Shown here: positions 1 through 10,213 of the stretch, one piece after another
Position numbering within the stretch: the stretch's first letter is position 1
Layout of the letters: each line of letters starts with the position of its first letter
Assembly (NCBI GenBank): GCA_001789725.1
Contig: MGAM01000013.1
Location: 14,275-78,274, forward strand
Source of the DNA: Candidatus Roizmanbacteria bacterium RIFCSPLOWO2_01_FULL_39_19
GTDB taxonomy: Bacteria > Patescibacteriota > Microgenomatia > UBA1406 > HO2-37-13b
Length of the DNA: 64,000 nucleotides
Direction of reading: 5' to 3'
The notes under the pieces: generated by a model
The model's database searches: none
Seen by the model: the letters and a program-made list of their open reading frames with translations, nothing else
Told to the model about the DNA's origin: nothing
Translations under genes and position numbers: made by a program

Positions 1-1679
1 AGGTTATTAATCCTGAACGTACCATCGCTTTCTGTATTAATCTTTGTAATAGTTTGGTACTCCTGAGCTCCGTTTGGAAGATGTTGCAGGATTTTTACCA
101 GTTCTACAGTTGCAGTTTTTGTAAGCGGTTTGCCGTCTTTTTCAGTGACTTTTCCCGAAATGCTTCCTGTCCCGACCTGAACGGTCGGCTGTGCAGATAC
201 AGCAGGAGACGAACTTGGAGAAACTTGAATTTTGTCTGGATTCTCAGTAAAGACACGCATGCTTCCAAGAGTTTTTTCTGTTAAAACAATATGTTTGTTT
301 GCTGGGAATGAGATGCCGTTTAACGGAGTAATCAGAACCTTATTTTGGTCAATTTGTTGTAATGTGATTTGAACCCGATTGGATTCATCCGACTCTGGAA
401 GAACAGAGGAGGGTTGGGCAAGCAATTCACTATATGATTGATCAGTCATATACACATAGACAGGAGATGAAATCGGCCCGAGACCCAGCTCAAACTCGCG
501 CGATTTGGCTACATAACGGACTATATTATCAGTAATGCTTATAGGATTAACAAATTGCAGCAAAAGAGAGACATTCTGCTGGCCGTATACCGGTGGTAAA
601 CCATTCGCTGGATCGATAAGTTGTTCTGATCCATCATCACGCTTGAGAGTTAACAGGTTTTCTGTTTGGCTTCTGTCAAAAATCTTGAAAAAATAGTTAC
701 CAACCTGATTGTCAAACGTGTGAACAATAGCATAATATGTACTTGTATATGGTGGGATAAACTCAGTTCTCGTGTCTTTGCTATCAAGACTATTACCATT
801 AAGGTCGAATAATTCAGTTTCAATGAAACTGCGAGGTTGGTCGGATTGTTCTTCAAGGGCAACAACCGTAAGACGTTGGCCTTGGATTGCGGTAAATATA
901 TAGGGCTTTGCAAACCCATTCTTATATGGGATATCTGATGTTGTAATACTTTCGGGTAGCGGGTCCCCCATCACTTTAGCTTCTTTAAACGAGGTTGTTG
1001 GTATACCGTCAATCGCTTCAGCAGCAAATACTGTAAAGGAAGAAAATACACTAAATGTATTATGAGACAGCGCTAACGAAACACCATGAATGAAATTATC
1101 AAATTGTTTGTCTATCGAGTAGTTCGGCAGATATACAAAAGTGATTTGCAGATATCGCGTATCATTTTTATAGAGTGCCTGCTTAAAAAGCCTCTTTGAT
1201 TTTGCATAGTTTTCTTTCCCGGATTGGATTGTCAAAGTATTCCCATTTACAGTTTTACTTTGCGTTTCTTCTGTTTTAAGCGTTGGGTTTGAAGATTTTT
1301 TGCTTGTCAGTCCGGACTCGATATCAACATATGTGTTTGTAGCCTCATACTTAGGAATAAAAAATCTGCCTGCAAAGAAATCTGGCGTGTCACTAAGAAG
1401 ACGGGCTGTCCATTAATCCGGCAAGGAAATTACAAATCCTGTTTGTAACTTAATTGATGTGCTTTTAGACGTTGAGGTCTGAATTTTTTTCTGAACTGAT
1501 TTCTTTATATTTAGAATGGGATTTTTTGTTTTGGAAAAATAAAAGATGCCCACAATTACAGGAATAAGTAGCCCGACAATTACAATAAAAATCTTTATCC
1601 AGTTAGTTGCGTAATTGTTAATGATGGGAATTTGGGCTTGATCCTCGATTTGAGGATCTTGGGTCGTTTGCGGTTCCAT
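1..1679 (-). pseudogene. Membrane-anchored secreted protein with a carboxypeptidase-regulatory-like domain, interrupted by an in-frame TAA at 1413-1415; runs off the left edge
   Basis: ORF 1413..1679 (N-terminal TM) ends ...ISLPD-TAA, and the same frame continues WTARLL... open to position 1 (GTGSISGKVTEKDGKPL...SDGTFRINN). Confidence 0.7.
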
Positions 1680-1735
1680 ACTCTTTTTTAGTATATCATA
1701 AAAAGGTTTTCAAGCTAAAAAGACTGTTAATTTTT

Positions 1736-1958
1736 ATAATAGACGAGTTTCGCGTTAACACCATCCTGGACTCTGGAGACCAACCACTCCGTCATGCTGG
1801 ACTCATTTTTCTTTGTCATCCTGAATTTGATTAATGTCATACTAGAGCGCACACAATAGGATCTTTGTGGGATTCTATCGTCACTCCGTTCCTCCAGAAT
1901 GACGGGGGAATTTCCTAGAATGACGAGTTACATTTTTAAAGCGAAATTCGTGTAATAT
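1736..1958. mobile_element. MITE-like non-coding element with 18-bp imperfect terminal inverted repeats and internal GTCAT..ATGAC REP-like pieces
   Basis: Left ATAATAGACGAGTTTCGC versus reverse complement of right end ATATTACACGAATTTCGC (15/18); internal GTCATGCTGGA, GTCATCCTGAA and two AGAATGAC. Confidence 0.6.
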
Positions 1959-1978
1959 TGGGGGGCAAATTACCTCGT

Positions 1979-2719
1979 TTAATCTGTAACAACGTAGCGA
2001 AATTGCTCAAATCGCTTGCCATCTTTTAGCGGAGCAAAATAATCGGTCGATCTTTGGGCATGGTCCAGTGAATATTGTGAGGAATGTGCGGCAATCGCCT
2101 GCGTACGTTTTTGCGCAAAGGACGTTACGTTAATATATACCGTATCTTGGCTATCCCAACTATCAACAAACAAAAATTCTGTAACAGTGTGACTTTGGTG
2201 GGTATTATCAAGCTGATCTGGGAAAAATAACACATCCCTGCTATATGGGTATACAGCATCAACAACACCGATCGCTGTATTGCGATGATCACGGTGATTG
2301 ACATAATAATTTCCTTGTGTGTCGCGGATAAGTATTTTTTCGGGATTATGTGTTACAACAAGATCTGGTTTAAAACTACGAATGATGCTTGTAAGCCTTT
2401 CGACAGTTGCAAGAGATGCTTCAACTTGGCCGTCGCCGATATTGAGGTTTTCACTGTCCGATGATGAAAGTCCAAGTATCTTTAGCCCTTCTGCATCTTC
2501 AGTTTCCCTAGTTTTAGCAAGCTCTTCCTCAGCTATAGCCTGCTGGCGTGAACCTTTGTTGCCTGTCGTCATTTTGATGAGTCTGACGGATTTTTCATCC
2601 TCAACAAGTCGAGCGATTGTCCCGCCACAATAGATTTCGGCATCATCAGGATGGGCAAATACAAAAAGAACTCTTTTCTTTTTCGAGAATATTTTGTTAA
2701 ATGAATCTACTTGTTGCAT
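1979..2719 (-). CDS. PIG-L/LmbE family deacetylase
   Basis: AHPDDAE and HRDH motifs, C-terminal AHSSQ. Confidence 0.9.
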   Translation of the reverse strand: MQQVDSFNKIFSKKKRVLFVFAHPDDAEIYCGGTIARLVEDEKSVRLIKMTTGNKGSRQQAIAEEELAKTRETEDAEGLKILGLSSSDSENLNIGDGQVEASLATVERLTSIIRSFKPDLVVTHNPEKILIRDTQGNYYVNHRDHRNTAIGVVDAVYPYSRDVLFFPDQLDNTHQSHTVTEFLFVDSWDSQDTVYINVTSFAQKRTQAIAAHSSQYSLDHAQRSTDYFAPLKDGKRFEQFRYVVTD

Positions 2720-2730
2720 AATGATTGATC

Positions 2731-3360
2731 CTAATAATTATTTTGCATTTGTCTAATTCTGCCAACAAGTGATTTTGAAAATTCTTCTTCAGGATCAAGA
2801 TACCATTCCCTCATAGAGGTAAATAGTCTTGTGGGTTGTCCTTGTAAAGCGAGTACTGCAATCATTTCCTCAAGTGCAGAAGCAATTGCGATACCTTTTC
2901 CTTTTAATAATGGATGTCGTTCTAAAATCAAATTTCTATAAACTCCGATTGTTAGACAGTCAATTAACCCTTCTTCTGCATACGTATCTAAAAATTCCCA
3001 TTTATTAGCGGCTTCAAAAGCACGTAATAATCTAAGCGTAGGACCGACGGCGGGTTTTTGACTCATCTCATGTTCAAGTTCTTCTACCGTAGGAAGCATT
3101 AGTTCAAAGCTTTTAAATACATCTCTTAATGTAGTTGAATACGGCAAATCACTTGCGGAATCGAAATCAACAATTTCTTCACCTCCTAGAAAGCGATTGG
3201 ATTGACCAATACCTCTGTCTAATTCCGATAATGGTTGTAAGACAATTTTATCATCTTGTTCCAATGCGTCTAAAGCTGAAGGAACGTTACTTCTATTACC
3301 AATTGTTCTATGGGCAATTCTTCTCAAGAAGGCAGAAACTTCTTTTGGTTCTGTATGCAT
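2731..3360 (-). CDS. Hypothetical protein
   Basis: Long ORF; start moved to ATG 3360 because TGATATAAT lies just upstream (3368-3376). Confidence 0.6.
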   Translation of the reverse strand: MHTEPKEVSAFLRRIAHRTIGNRSNVPSALDALEQDDKIVLQPLSELDRGIGQSNRFLGGEEIVDFDSASDLPYSTTLRDVFKSFELMLPTVEELEHEMSQKPAVGPTLRLLRAFEAANKWEFLDTYAEEGLIDCLTIGVYRNLILERHPLLKGKGIAIASALEEMIAVLALQGQPTRLFTSMREWYLDPEEEFSKSLVGRIRQMQNNY

Positions 3361-3507
3361 TGCTCCGATTATATCAGATACCATCAATTGTTTAATTGTT
3401 AACCGCGGGGGTTTGATTAACTCATAATCAAAAAGATGACCCATCAAAACCTCATTTAAGGAGACTACGGCTTATTTTAAGGAAACAGTTGATAGAATAG
3501 TTACCAT

Positions 3508-4572
3508 ATGAATAAGCGTTTAGTTGTCAGTTCCGTTATTGCTATTGGAATTTTTACTAGTACTATTGTTTATAACCATTTTTCCAAATCCTCTTTTAGA
3601 TCTAGTACTGCTTCAAATCCAAACACTCACCTAGAAGGAGGTGGTGGCTTAATAGGGGAGCTTAGCCCACTTTCTATAGAATATATGCGAGGGCAAGAAT
3701 ATCCAGGAAGCGATATCGTCATTAAGCAAACACTCCCGCCTGGCTCAAATTACGACAGATACATTGCTTCATATAATTCGGATGGACTGAAAATATACGC
3801 ACTCTTAACTGTTCCGCAGGGAGAAAAGCCCAGAACCGGCTGGCCGGTAATTATCTTTAACCACGGCTATATTCAGCCAGAACAGTACCGGACAACCGAG
3901 AAATATCTTGCTTATACTGATGCGTTTTCCAGACATGGCTATATTGTCTTTAAATCTGATTATCGGGGACACGGTAATTCCGAGGGGAAGCCGGAAGGTG
4001 CTTATTACTCTCCTGCCTACACAATTGATGTTTTAAATGCTGTTTCTTCGCTGAAGAAATATAAAGACACCGACCCCGAAAGAATCGGTATGTGGGGACA
4101 CTCCATGGGTGGAACGCTAACTTTAAGGTCTATGGTGGTCACAAACGATATTAAGGTTGGTGAAATCTGGGCAGGAGTGGTGGCTTCATATCAGGATTTA
4201 ACCAATAATTGGCATCACCCAGACCTCAACTCTCGACCCTGGGTTCCATCTCAGAGAGAACAAGCGGTAAGACGGCCAGGAAGACAACAGCTCGTTGATA
4301 AATACGGCAGCTTTGAAGCGAATCCCTATTTTTGGCAGTCAATTTCACCAATAGCGTTTGTTAAAGATATTTCCGGCCCGATTCAACTTCAACATGGAAC
4401 AGCTGATGAAGAAGTACCCTTGCTTTTTAGTCAAAAGTTAGATGAAGCAATGAAGAATGCCGTGAAGCCGGTTGAGTTTTATGCCTACGAAGGAGATAAT
4501 CATAATCTTTCCAATAATTTAAGTACTGCATTACAAAGATCGGTTGATTTCTTTGATAAATATTTAAAATGA
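3508..4572 (+). CDS. Membrane-anchored S9-like alpha/beta hydrolase
   Basis: GMWGHSMGG nucleophile motif, HGTADEEV, GDNH; N-terminal TM. Confidence 0.85.
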   Translation: MNKRLVVSSVIAIGIFTSTIVYNHFSKSSFRSSTASNPNTHLEGGGGLIGELSPLSIEYMRGQEYPGSDIVIKQTLPPGSNYDRYIASYNSDGLKIYALLTVPQGEKPRTGWPVIIFNHGYIQPEQYRTTEKYLAYTDAFSRHGYIVFKSDYRGHGNSEGKPEGAYYSPAYTIDVLNAVSSLKKYKDTDPERIGMWGHSMGGTLTLRSMVVTNDIKVGEIWAGVVASYQDLTNNWHHPDLNSRPWVPSQREQAVRRPGRQQLVDKYGSFEANPYFWQSISPIAFVKDISGPIQLQHGTADEEVPLLFSQKLDEAMKNAVKPVEFYAYEGDNHNLSNNLSTALQRSVDFFDKYLK

Positions 4573-4709
4573 GAACATTTGGATGGTTGCAACTTTTGTT
4601 AACATTTTGATTGTTCCAGTCTTTCCTTTGCTTGTTCGGCTCAGATCGAATTTTGAAAAGCCTTAATAATAATCCAAGGTAAATCGAACTTTTTTAATGA
4701 ATCGAATTG

Positions 4710-4923
4710 TTATGTATTTGAAAAGCGATGAAGAATGGACGCAGCGAGTGTTTGGTAGGGAATCCCTTGTTCGGCTGCTTTAGCCTTCAGTTTCTGATAC
4801 ACTCGTTCTGACAGTCGTAGATTAATATTTTTTGTTTTATTCAACGTAACCGTCGCGTACGATTTGTGTTCTCTTTTAAGCGTTTCGTTTTTCTTTGGGT
4901 CCTACCCTCTTTTTTCCTTTCAC
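4710..4923 (-). pseudogene. Fused remnant of a BrnT-like toxin N-terminus and a CopG/BrnA-like antitoxin C-terminus
   Basis: Minus strand reads *DPKKNETLKREH then KSYATVTLNKTKNINLRLSERVYQKLKAKAAEQGIPYQTLAASILHRFSNT*. Confidence 0.6.
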
Positions 4924-5005
4924 AGAAATTATAACTCAAATTTCTAAAAAGTCTCAAATGTATCATAACTCATTCAGGCAGATTCTTGTATAATTGACAT
5001 CATCA

Positions 5006-5489
5006 ATGAAACTAAGCGACAAGCTAATTGGATTGCTCATAGGGTTGATGAAGAATTCTGCACAAAAGGGCAATTTGGCAAATTCGGGATTGGTTTTAGA
5101 AGACAACAAACTGCTCGCCTCTGCAGAGAGTCTTGTTGCCTCTGGTCACGATGCAACCGCGCATTCTGAGAGAGTGCTTGTTGCAAAGGTATGCAGATTA
5201 AAAAAACAACAACTATACGCCCGGGTTGCAGATGATTTCCGTTGTTGAGCCTTGTACCATGTGCTTAAGTGCGTGTTCTCAAGCTGGATATACGTCTGTA
5301 AATTTTATTATCCCTGCAAAACCGTACATCACCCGATTCCCTTATGTCACAGACGGAATTTCACTTCAAAAAAAACAGGAGCTCGCCCAAAATTTTTCAG
5401 AAAAGATCGACCTTATTCATCTTAAACAATACGAGGCGAAGTTTAAAAAGATTTTTGATGATGCAATGAAAGATTTGTTTATAAAATAA
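5006..5489 (+). pseudogene. TadA-like nucleoside deaminase, frameshifted at the A7 run 5200-5206
   Basis: HDATAHSE in the first frame, EPCTMC in the second; removing one A restores a continuous ORF. Confidence 0.8.
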
Positions 5490-5490
5490 A

Positions 5491-5943
5491 ATGGATAGTA
5501 AAAAGAAAAAAATACATGACTTTTTGAGTACCCATATTATTTGTTCTCTCTCTACTGTAACTGTCTCAGGAATCCCGGAAGCTGCCGCGATGGCGTTTAC
5601 TGAAACAGACGACTTGTTAATTATTTTTCAAACGTCCAACAGTACACGAAAATACTATAATCTGCAGCGTAATCCCAAAGTTGCAATTGTTGTCGGTTTT
5701 GATTTTGAACAGTACATATCAGTGCAGTATGAGGGCATTGCTAAAGAGGTTCCAGATGGCGAGCGTGAACGTATAAGTCATATTCATGTTGCAAAACATT
5801 CAGAAATCTCGACCAAGTATGCTAACGTCATAGAAAATAAATACTTCATTGTCATGCCAACATGGATACGTTACTCTGATTTAAAGGCAGACCCGAATCA
5901 AATATTTGAGCTCGACTTTTCTAAAAAAACTATACTACCATAA
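5491..5943 (+). CDS. Pyridoxamine 5'-phosphate oxidase-like (split barrel) protein
   Basis: LSTVTVSGIP, TRKYYNLQRNPKVAIVV, SVQYEG. Confidence 0.85.
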   Translation: MDSKKKKIHDFLSTHIICSLSTVTVSGIPEAAAMAFTETDDLLIIFQTSNSTRKYYNLQRNPKVAIVVGFDFEQYISVQYEGIAKEVPDGERERISHIHVAKHSEISTKYANVIENKYFIVMPTWIRYSDLKADPNQIFELDFSKKTILP

Positions 5944-6682
5944 TGAGAATACTCACGACGAAATCTCTTAAATTGGCGGTATTGACAAGGGGTGACCAAA
6001 ATTCAGACAAAATCGCAATTATGCTTCCCGGAAGGCTTGATACAAAAGATTACATAAATTTCACCAGCCACATCGATTATCTTTCTCGAAAAGGTTTTTA
6101 TATAATCGCTTTTGATCCACCTGGAACTTGGGATAGCCCTGGAAACATTGAGTTTACAACCACGAATTATATTAATGCTGTTAACGAACTGATAGAATAT
6201 TTTGGAAATAAACCAACGCTACTTTTGAGGCATAGTAGAGGTGGACAAGTAGCTATGATTGCTGGAGCTAATAATCCTAGCGTGATCGCATTTGCTCTTG
6301 TGAACGCCTCTTATGGCCTACCGACACCTCCCGACCCGGAACAAGTAACGAACGGATTCCTCGCGGAGCACAGAGACCTACCACCCGGAGATGTTAAAAC
6401 CACCAAACAAAAGGAGTTTCACCTATCACTGAATTACTTTAAGGATGGTGAACAATAGATCCACTCCCTGGATTAAAAGCATGCACTAAGCCTAAATTGC
6501 TTATATATGGAACTGAGGATGAGTATACCGAACCTCAAGAAGTTAAAAAGATATTTGCGTCTATTCCTGAATCGAAAATGATTCATAAGCTGCATTGTGA
6601 ACATGACTATCGATATCATGCAGATGCAATCGACGAAGTCGACAAAGTATTAGGAAGTTTTGTTAATAAATATTTCGAATAA
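5943..6682 (+). pseudogene. Alpha/beta hydrolase broken by a 1-nt deletion near 6457
   Basis: CAA TAG ATC CA restores to Q-Y-D-P-L-P-G-L-K-A-C-T-K-P-K-L-L-I-Y-G-T-E-D; nucleophile motif is RHSRGG instead of GHSRGG. Confidence 0.75.
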
Positions 6683-6748
6683 TCATGTCTCTTGTTAAAA
6701 ATGTAGGCAGCAATTCACCAGAAAGAACTACCAATCGGCTTCCACTAC

Positions 6749-7378
6749 TCATGCCGTAGCTGCAATTCCTTTTATCTTTTCCCATTTTGCTCGTGAACAC
6801 TTCTTTGGCCAATCCCTCCAACCCTGGTCATTGCGGTATACTTCCCAGTCATCATCTTCAACCCAATGAAGTTTGCTGTCATCAGTAATGTGCCGAACAA
6901 ATTCTTTACCATTCAAATGATCAATCTCGTGTCTGAATATTCTCGCAGTGTAGCCTGAATATTCTTCTTCAAGTGGATTACCATTTTGGGAATATGCCTT
7001 AATTTTAATCTTGCTCGGACTCGCAACTATTCCACACACATGATCAGTTGACCAACATCCTTCATACCATTCTTCAGTTTCATCAGATTGCCACGTTATT
7101 TCTGGATTGATAAATACTCTCAAATCACCAACTTTCCCCTTTCCATCTGCAATAACATCTATAAGAATAATTTGTTTAGAGATGCCAACCTGCGGAGCAG
7201 CAAGACCAACACAAAAAGCCTGAGAGCGATCTTTTTGATGACCATAGGCAATATCAAGCATTGATTCGATAGTTTTCTGAATTTCTTCTGAGTTCATGTC
7301 ATCAAGACTGATGGCATGTGCTTTTTGGACTAAAACAGGATCATGTGGAGCGACAAAATGCTTCTTATCAATTGGCAT
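6749..7378 (-). CDS. def: Peptide deformylase
   Basis: GLAAPQVG, EGCWS, HEIDHLNG motifs. Confidence 0.9.
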   Translation of the reverse strand: MPIDKKHFVAPHDPVLVQKAHAISLDDMNSEEIQKTIESMLDIAYGHQKDRSQAFCVGLAAPQVGISKQIILIDVIADGKGKVGDLRVFINPEITWQSDETEEWYEGCWSTDHVCGIVASPSKIKIKAYSQNGNPLEEEYSGYTARIFRHEIDHLNGKEFVRHITDDSKLHWVEDDDWEVYRNDQGWRDWPKKCSRAKWEKIKGIAATA

Positions 7379-7408
7379 ACGGCATTATACTATATAATGG
7401 TGATAGCC

Positions 7409-7453
7409 AGTCCGAACTTGGTCTAACCTCCTGAGCAACACATTCTGGAGCAT
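7409..7453 (+). repeat. Bipartite direct repeat copy 1 (AGTCCGAACTyGGT ... TCTGGAGCAT), possible att remnant
   Basis: Both blocks recur at 8831-8860, flanking one gene. Confidence 0.5.
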
Positions 7454-7520
7454 TGGGACAACTTACTTATTTATACACCGAATGAACGATCGAACCACTT
7501 GATATACTGAGTTCCATATT

Positions 7521-8729
7521 ATGCGAACCTCCACTCAGACTTTGCGAGACAAAATAATACAGCTTTTAGAAGCAAATCGCGTTGATATTCATAGTAAATA
7601 TACCTACACAAAACCAGCTCCGAAAGTTTACGAGCAACAATGGCTCTGGGACTCATGTTTCCACGCTATTGTTCAAAGGTGGATTGACCCAGAAATGGCT
7701 AAGAGAGAATTACTCACTGTTGTGGCTCATCAAGTTGACAATGGCACTCATACAGGAATGATCCCCCACATGAACTACTGGGATAATGCTGGGAGCGAAT
7801 TATGGGGAATTGCTCATCGAAGTATCATTACTCAACCGCCTATTATTGCCTGCGCCACACTACTTGTTCACGAGGTAGGCCATGATAAAAAATTTCTCAA
7901 TGCGATGTATGAGCCTCTTGCAAAATACCACCGATGGCTCACGAGTGACAGAGATCCAGATGGTGATAACCTGGTAAGCATCATTCATCCATGGGAATCG
8001 GGTTGGGATGCATCTCAAAGATGGGATCGGATTTTAAAGCTCAATAAACCAACTGATGACGATAGCAAGATGGAAAGGGTAAAGCTCGTATTAGCCCTGA
8101 AAACTTACGACTGTGATCCTAATGCTCTTGAACAACAGAATTACTTTTCTGTTGAAGCAATTGATTTTAATAATATCCGAGCAGCAGATATCGAATCATT
8201 GGCTGCAATTGCTAAAATTCTTGGAAAGGATGATGACTCTATGTCTTGGAAAAGTATTGCAAAGAAAATTCAAGGTGCTATTCACCGGAAAATGGTTCTT
8301 GAAAATTACTATGATTTAACCAGTGCAGATGAAATACCAATCCGAGTTAATAATGCAGCAAAGTTTATCTCATTATTTGGAGGAAGTATCTCTCACAGAG
8401 AGGCTCTAGAACTGGTAAAGAAATTACAAAGCCATGTGTATTGGCCTCACTTTGGCATAACAACGACACCCACATCATCAGACACATTTGATCCAAATAG
8501 GTATTGGAGAGGGAATGTATGGCCATGTGTCAATTGGTTAATTTACAAGGGGCTAAAAAGGTATCATTTTGATGATGTCGCGAAAAAATTAGCTCGAAAT
8601 TATATCGATCTGGTTCTAGAGAACGGTTTTTGGGAATACTACAACCCACTTACTGGGCAAGGACTTGGAGCGAAGGATTGCAGCTGGGCAGCATTAGTAT
8701 TAGATCTGGCAATTGAAGAGAATCTATAG
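7521..8729 (+). CDS. MGH1/GH63-like (alpha/alpha)6 glycoside hydrolase
   Basis: QWLWDSCF, TQPP, HPWESGWD, YWRGNVW, FWEYYNPLTG. Confidence 0.85.
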   Translation: MRTSTQTLRDKIIQLLEANRVDIHSKYTYTKPAPKVYEQQWLWDSCFHAIVQRWIDPEMAKRELLTVVAHQVDNGTHTGMIPHMNYWDNAGSELWGIAHRSIITQPPIIACATLLVHEVGHDKKFLNAMYEPLAKYHRWLTSDRDPDGDNLVSIIHPWESGWDASQRWDRILKLNKPTDDDSKMERVKLVLALKTYDCDPNALEQQNYFSVEAIDFNNIRAADIESLAAIAKILGKDDDSMSWKSIAKKIQGAIHRKMVLENYYDLTSADEIPIRVNNAAKFISLFGGSISHREALELVKKLQSHVYWPHFGITTTPTSSDTFDPNRYWRGNVWPCVNWLIYKGLKRYHFDDVAKKLARNYIDLVLENGFWEYYNPLTGQGLGAKDCSWAALVLDLAIEENL

Positions 8730-8830
8730 CTTGCTCGGGTTGTGGTTATTGGTGAGGGTACCTTTTGCCGGTTTCTGCATAGTGAGAGAGCGTGTATTTG
8801 TGGCTGGGGGAGTCTGAGACCAGGAGATAT

Positions 8831-8860
8831 AGTCCGAACTCGGTGCGCCCTCTGGAGCAT
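8831..8860 (+). repeat. Bipartite direct repeat copy 2
   Basis: AGTCCGAACTCGGT-N6-TCTGGAGCAT. Confidence 0.5.
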
Positions 8861-8925
8861 AGGCAGACCAGCAACTGTAAAAGTCAGCAAGTGGATCAGA
8901 GGTATATACTACACATATTGATAGT

Positions 8926-9396
8926 ATGAATAAAAAAGAAATTATTCAACAGTTAAAAATTGCTCACGAAGGCCTTCGCGAAATCTTGGCTACTGTTTCG
9001 CCAGAGATCGCTGACAGCGCGCTAATTACTCCAAAAGGCTGGACAGTGAAAGATATTTTGAGTCATCTTATAGATTGGAACGTGCAGTTTTTGCAAGATT
9101 TTAAGAATATTTTGAGTGACTCTTGGGAAGAAATTAATAATGATACCTTTAACCAAGCTTCGTACGAAAAGAGGAAGGATTTACCGTATCATCAAGTATA
9201 CGCAGAGTGGGAATTATCAATTGAACCTGTTATTGAATTACTGCAATCTTTAACGTCAGAGGAATGGCATCATGTTTGCAAAGGAGCGACATGGCATAAT
9301 GGCACTTTGGTAACGATACCTTCGCTGTTTGAATATACATACAAAGGAGAGCCTCACGAGCTTGGTCATGGTAAGGAGATTAGAAAAGCACTATAA
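8926..9396 (+). CDS. DinB/YfiT-superfamily four-helix bundle protein
   Basis: GWTVKDILSHL...W and C-terminal HELGH. Confidence 0.75.
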   Translation: MNKKEIIQQLKIAHEGLREILATVSPEIADSALITPKGWTVKDILSHLIDWNVQFLQDFKNILSDSWEEINNDTFNQASYEKRKDLPYHQVYAEWELSIEPVIELLQSLTSEEWHHVCKGATWHNGTLVTIPSLFEYTYKGEPHELGHGKEIRKAL

Positions 9397-9459
9397 AAAT
9401 TATAATTGGCTACGTACCGCCCCATTGACATTTTTTTAGTGAAATGATTAACTTAATAT

Positions 9460-10203
9460 GTGGCACGAAAGATTTTTATAGGCATCGGAGTATTATTTTC
9501 AATTTTTATATTGTTGTTTGTTCTTTCGCAAAATCAACCCCCTCCTCTACTAACCACTAATTTTGTTAACCTTGACAAAATAGAGAGGATTTCGCGTTTC
9601 AGAAGTTGTGCTGGCCACGTCACCGTACCCCAAAACAATAGAGAGCAGCGTAGAAATATGAAACACTATTTCTGGATAAAAAAATCAATTACAACTAACG
9701 ATAAGCCTGTTGAAATATATGCCCCATATAACGGATTTGTTTCAGTGCTTCGCTCTGATTCTAACGAAGGACTAGAGGGCGAAATTGCACTTGTTCCAAA
9801 AGACGTCTTTGTTTTCTTACCCCCAATCGGACGGTGGACATTTAGTGTCCAGCACATAAACGTGAGACAAGACCTAAAACGCGGGAAAGAGGTTAAAGCG
9901 GGAGAGCTCTTGGGAACAGCAACAATACGCGGTGAAGGCGGAGGTTCGTTTGATATTGTTTATGCAAAATTTGCCCCAACTCTTAAAAAAATTGACAATT
10001 GGACTGATCCGTTTATTGATCTTGATTCTGTTTTTAATCATATGAGTGATAGCGTTTTTGCACAATATCAGAAAAAGGGAGTTGCAACAAAAGATGACAT
10101 CGTAATGCTGAAAGAGCAAAGAGATCAAAACCTTTGTCAATATCAGAATGGGGGACCTTATTTTGAAAATCAAGAGGATCCTGATAATTGGGTAATTTTT
10201 TAA
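9460..10203 (+). CDS. Exported hypothetical protein, M23-like barrel possible
   Basis: N-terminal TM; IYAPYNG and VKAGELLG. Confidence 0.55.
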   Translation: MARKIFIGIGVLFSIFILLFVLSQNQPPPLLTTNFVNLDKIERISRFRSCAGHVTVPQNNREQRRNMKHYFWIKKSITTNDKPVEIYAPYNGFVSVLRSDSNEGLEGEIALVPKDVFVFLPPIGRWTFSVQHINVRQDLKRGKEVKAGELLGTATIRGEGGGSFDIVYAKFAPTLKKIDNWTDPFIDLDSVFNHMSDSVFAQYQKKGVATKDDIVMLKEQRDQNLCQYQNGGPYFENQEDPDNWVIF

Positions 10204-10213
10204 TGACAACGCA

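Noticed and set aside
54-919. ORFs 54..284 and 650..919 as genes
   Set aside because: Both lie inside the long minus-strand frame 1-1412
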